Part shown: positions 61,901-64,000 of the stretch, one piece after another
Numbering within the stretch: the first letter of the stretch is position 1
How the letters are laid out: each line of letters starts with the position of its first letter
Assembly: GCA_964247055.1 (NCBI GenBank)
Contig: OZ176055.1
Span: 744,001 to 808,000 of the forward strand
From: Paragordius varius
Taxonomy: Eukaryota; Animalia; Nematomorpha
DNA length: 64,000 nucleotides
Direction: 5' to 3'
The notes under the pieces: model-generated
Seen by the model: the letters and a program-made list of their open reading frames with translations, nothing else
Database searches by the model: none
Told to the model about the DNA's origin: nothing
Position numbers and translations under genes: made by a program

Positions 61901-62059
61901 AGTTTATTTTTTCAGAGCTGCATCTGTATTTATAAGTATAATGGCCTTTGATAATTCCCACGCTTTAGTTTTACCGCAAATTTAACGATAACATTTAAAA
62001 ATGTTGTATGTTTCTATATAGGAGTGCAAAAAATAATAATCCTAGGCACGAGATAATTA

Positions 62060-62265
62060 CAGTATGCATTTTAATGATTGCTTATCACTATAGTTGGTAA
62101 ATTTGCTACACAGTAGAGTGTGGCAAAACCAACAAAATCTTAAATAAATCAAAGTAATGAAGAAAGTAAATATTTTATTCGACATTTTGTTGTTTTTACC
62201 ATTCCTTACTATGTTTCAAATTGACCAACTATACTGTGATATAAAAAAACCATTAAAATGCATAT
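62060..62265. mobile_element. MITE family C
   Basis: ta-cagtatgcattttaatgattgctta ... aaccattaaaatgcata. Confidence 0.7.
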
Positions 62266-64000
62266 AAGTATACTTTGCATATTAAAAAGCTTATTATATG
62301 AGAGGCGGTAGTTATGTATATTAAGATTATTAGTAGCCAAAATTTCCTGATAGGGTAAATAAGGTGCAGACTGGTAATTATGCGCAACCCGATTTTTTCA
62401 TCATATATTGTCAATCCTAGGCAGGCATTAAAGTCTTAAGTGATTTAAACTTTAATAGAAATAAAAAAGAGGTTTTAAACCAATGGTATTTAAATCGTGG
62501 TCGTAAAACTGCTTATATGTTGCCCTGAATTATTTATCAAATTTTTTGATGTACTTATTTGGCGTATAAATATATCTGCAAGCGTGTCAAACAAACTATG
62601 AAATTTTTATCGGTCATTTAGACAACAATGATTTTTTGGTAAGTACCACTGATATATAAACTGTAGTAGGAGAATCTCATCGATGAATATAATTTTATTT
62701 TTACTTTTGCTAAAATAGAGAAACGAGAGTTATCATTGGATATTTCAGTCTTTTAATTAACTAAGGCATTACCACTTCATGTTTTGTTGACAAGTATGAG
62801 ATTGTGTTCATTAGTAGTTACAAATTTATTTGAACAATGTATTTTTTTATTTTAAAATTGTAACGAATAAAAACGAAAAATTTTCAACATGGCAAAAAAC
62901 TTGTAAATTAAATCCCCCCTTTTAGTCAATTAATAAACAGGCCATTAATAGCTCTCATTACCATAATTTTTTAGAATAAATACCATATTTTTACCATTTT
63001 CAGTCTAAACAACAATTCAGTTGTTTGCTTAAAAAAATGTTGTTTTGGTTAAAAAATCTCCTAAAATATTATTGATTATAAAAATGTTGATTTTGACTGA
63101 AAACAAGGTGTTTAACAATTCATTTCTTTATTATAATTTTGGTAATTACTTTTTAAACATATCCTATTATATAAGTTTAATTTATTTTACCAGCTAAAAT
63201 AATGGGCCAACTGAGTAATTTTATATGATGAGTGACCATTATTTTTACTTTTCATCATTGAGTTAAATCACCGCTTAGAAAAATTGTGAAATTTGGCATG
63301 AATAGGGTTAGATTATTTCATTTTGGGCTTTAAACATTTTTTCTGTGTCACTCTATTTACAATTTTTTTATATCCTAATGGTAATCGTAAAATATAATTT
63401 AATTATTAATTTAATCGGAAACCAAAATTTACATATGAAAATTTGATTGAATTTGAATATAATTTACATTTTATAGCATTAAAAACAACCATTTTGTCAA
63501 ACTTGTTCCAAACAAACAAGGAATCCAAAAATTTATAAATGAGCTAGGGTGCTCTTAGGAAAGTAGTGGAATTAATAAAGTGATTCCTATTGGGAACGGT
63601 TTTGACTTAAACACTGGTAGGGGTTTTAGGTCTAAATTAAGCTCTAGAATAAGCTATTTACCTAATCCCTAATAAAATTCTACTTGTTTGCAAACAGGCT
63701 AAAAAATATCAATTAAAGGCAATCAAAAATATGAATTGGGCCCTCATAACTTATGTGTGCATTCTTAAATTCATTCGTAACTAATCCTTTTTTAAAAAAA
63801 GAAATATTTAGTGATTATAATTTTACTATAATTTTAACATCAAAAGGATGATGTTTTAGCAGGTGAGTAGGATGCTAGTCTCTCACTATTGCGTGTGTGC
63901 GGAATTCCAAAGTTTTGATTCCAAAACTACGCTATTTTTTTATCAGAACACTGTCAATTATCACTGGGCAGGCAAGTATTAAAATTTTGCCAAGTGAGAC

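Noticed and set aside
1-64000. tRNA, rRNA, spliced-leader RNA and known Hox miRNAs (miR-10, miR-993, iab-4/8)
   Set aside because: None recognised by eye; a tRNAscan-SE, Infernal or miRBase search is needed to exclude them formally.

Overview
This is a very AT-rich animal (invertebrate) genomic window, not prokaryotic. I reconstructed three spliced genes by hand. (1) A minus-strand 8-exon gene (13899->22) for an unrecognised, probably secreted glycoprotein of about 369 aa. Its 8.3-kb intron 4 holds a 6.55-kb foldback element with a nested hAT transposon. (2) A plus-strand 27-exon RRP12 gene (17147-41853, about 1,950 aa). (3) A plus-strand 2-exon Antennapedia-class Hox gene (56297-58751) whose [14 protein letters not shown] linker resembles ecdysozoan Antp. 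A fourth, poorly resolved minus-strand gene may lie at about 14.6-15.9 kb. Introns are densely filled with palindromic MITEs (here called families A, A2, B, C, D), plus hAT and Helitron-like elements. The best-supported surprises are: two GT-AG introns of 25 nt in RRP12, required by homology (intron 2 fixed at 25 nt; intron 1 25 nt on the preferred sites, up to 40 nt on alternatives) and coexisting with kb-sized MITE-filled introns; a near-perfect 84-nt hairpin just downstream of the Hox stop codon; and a hAT element carrying two tail-to-tail transposase copies inside a larger foldback. All gene models and family assignments were made by eye without database searches.
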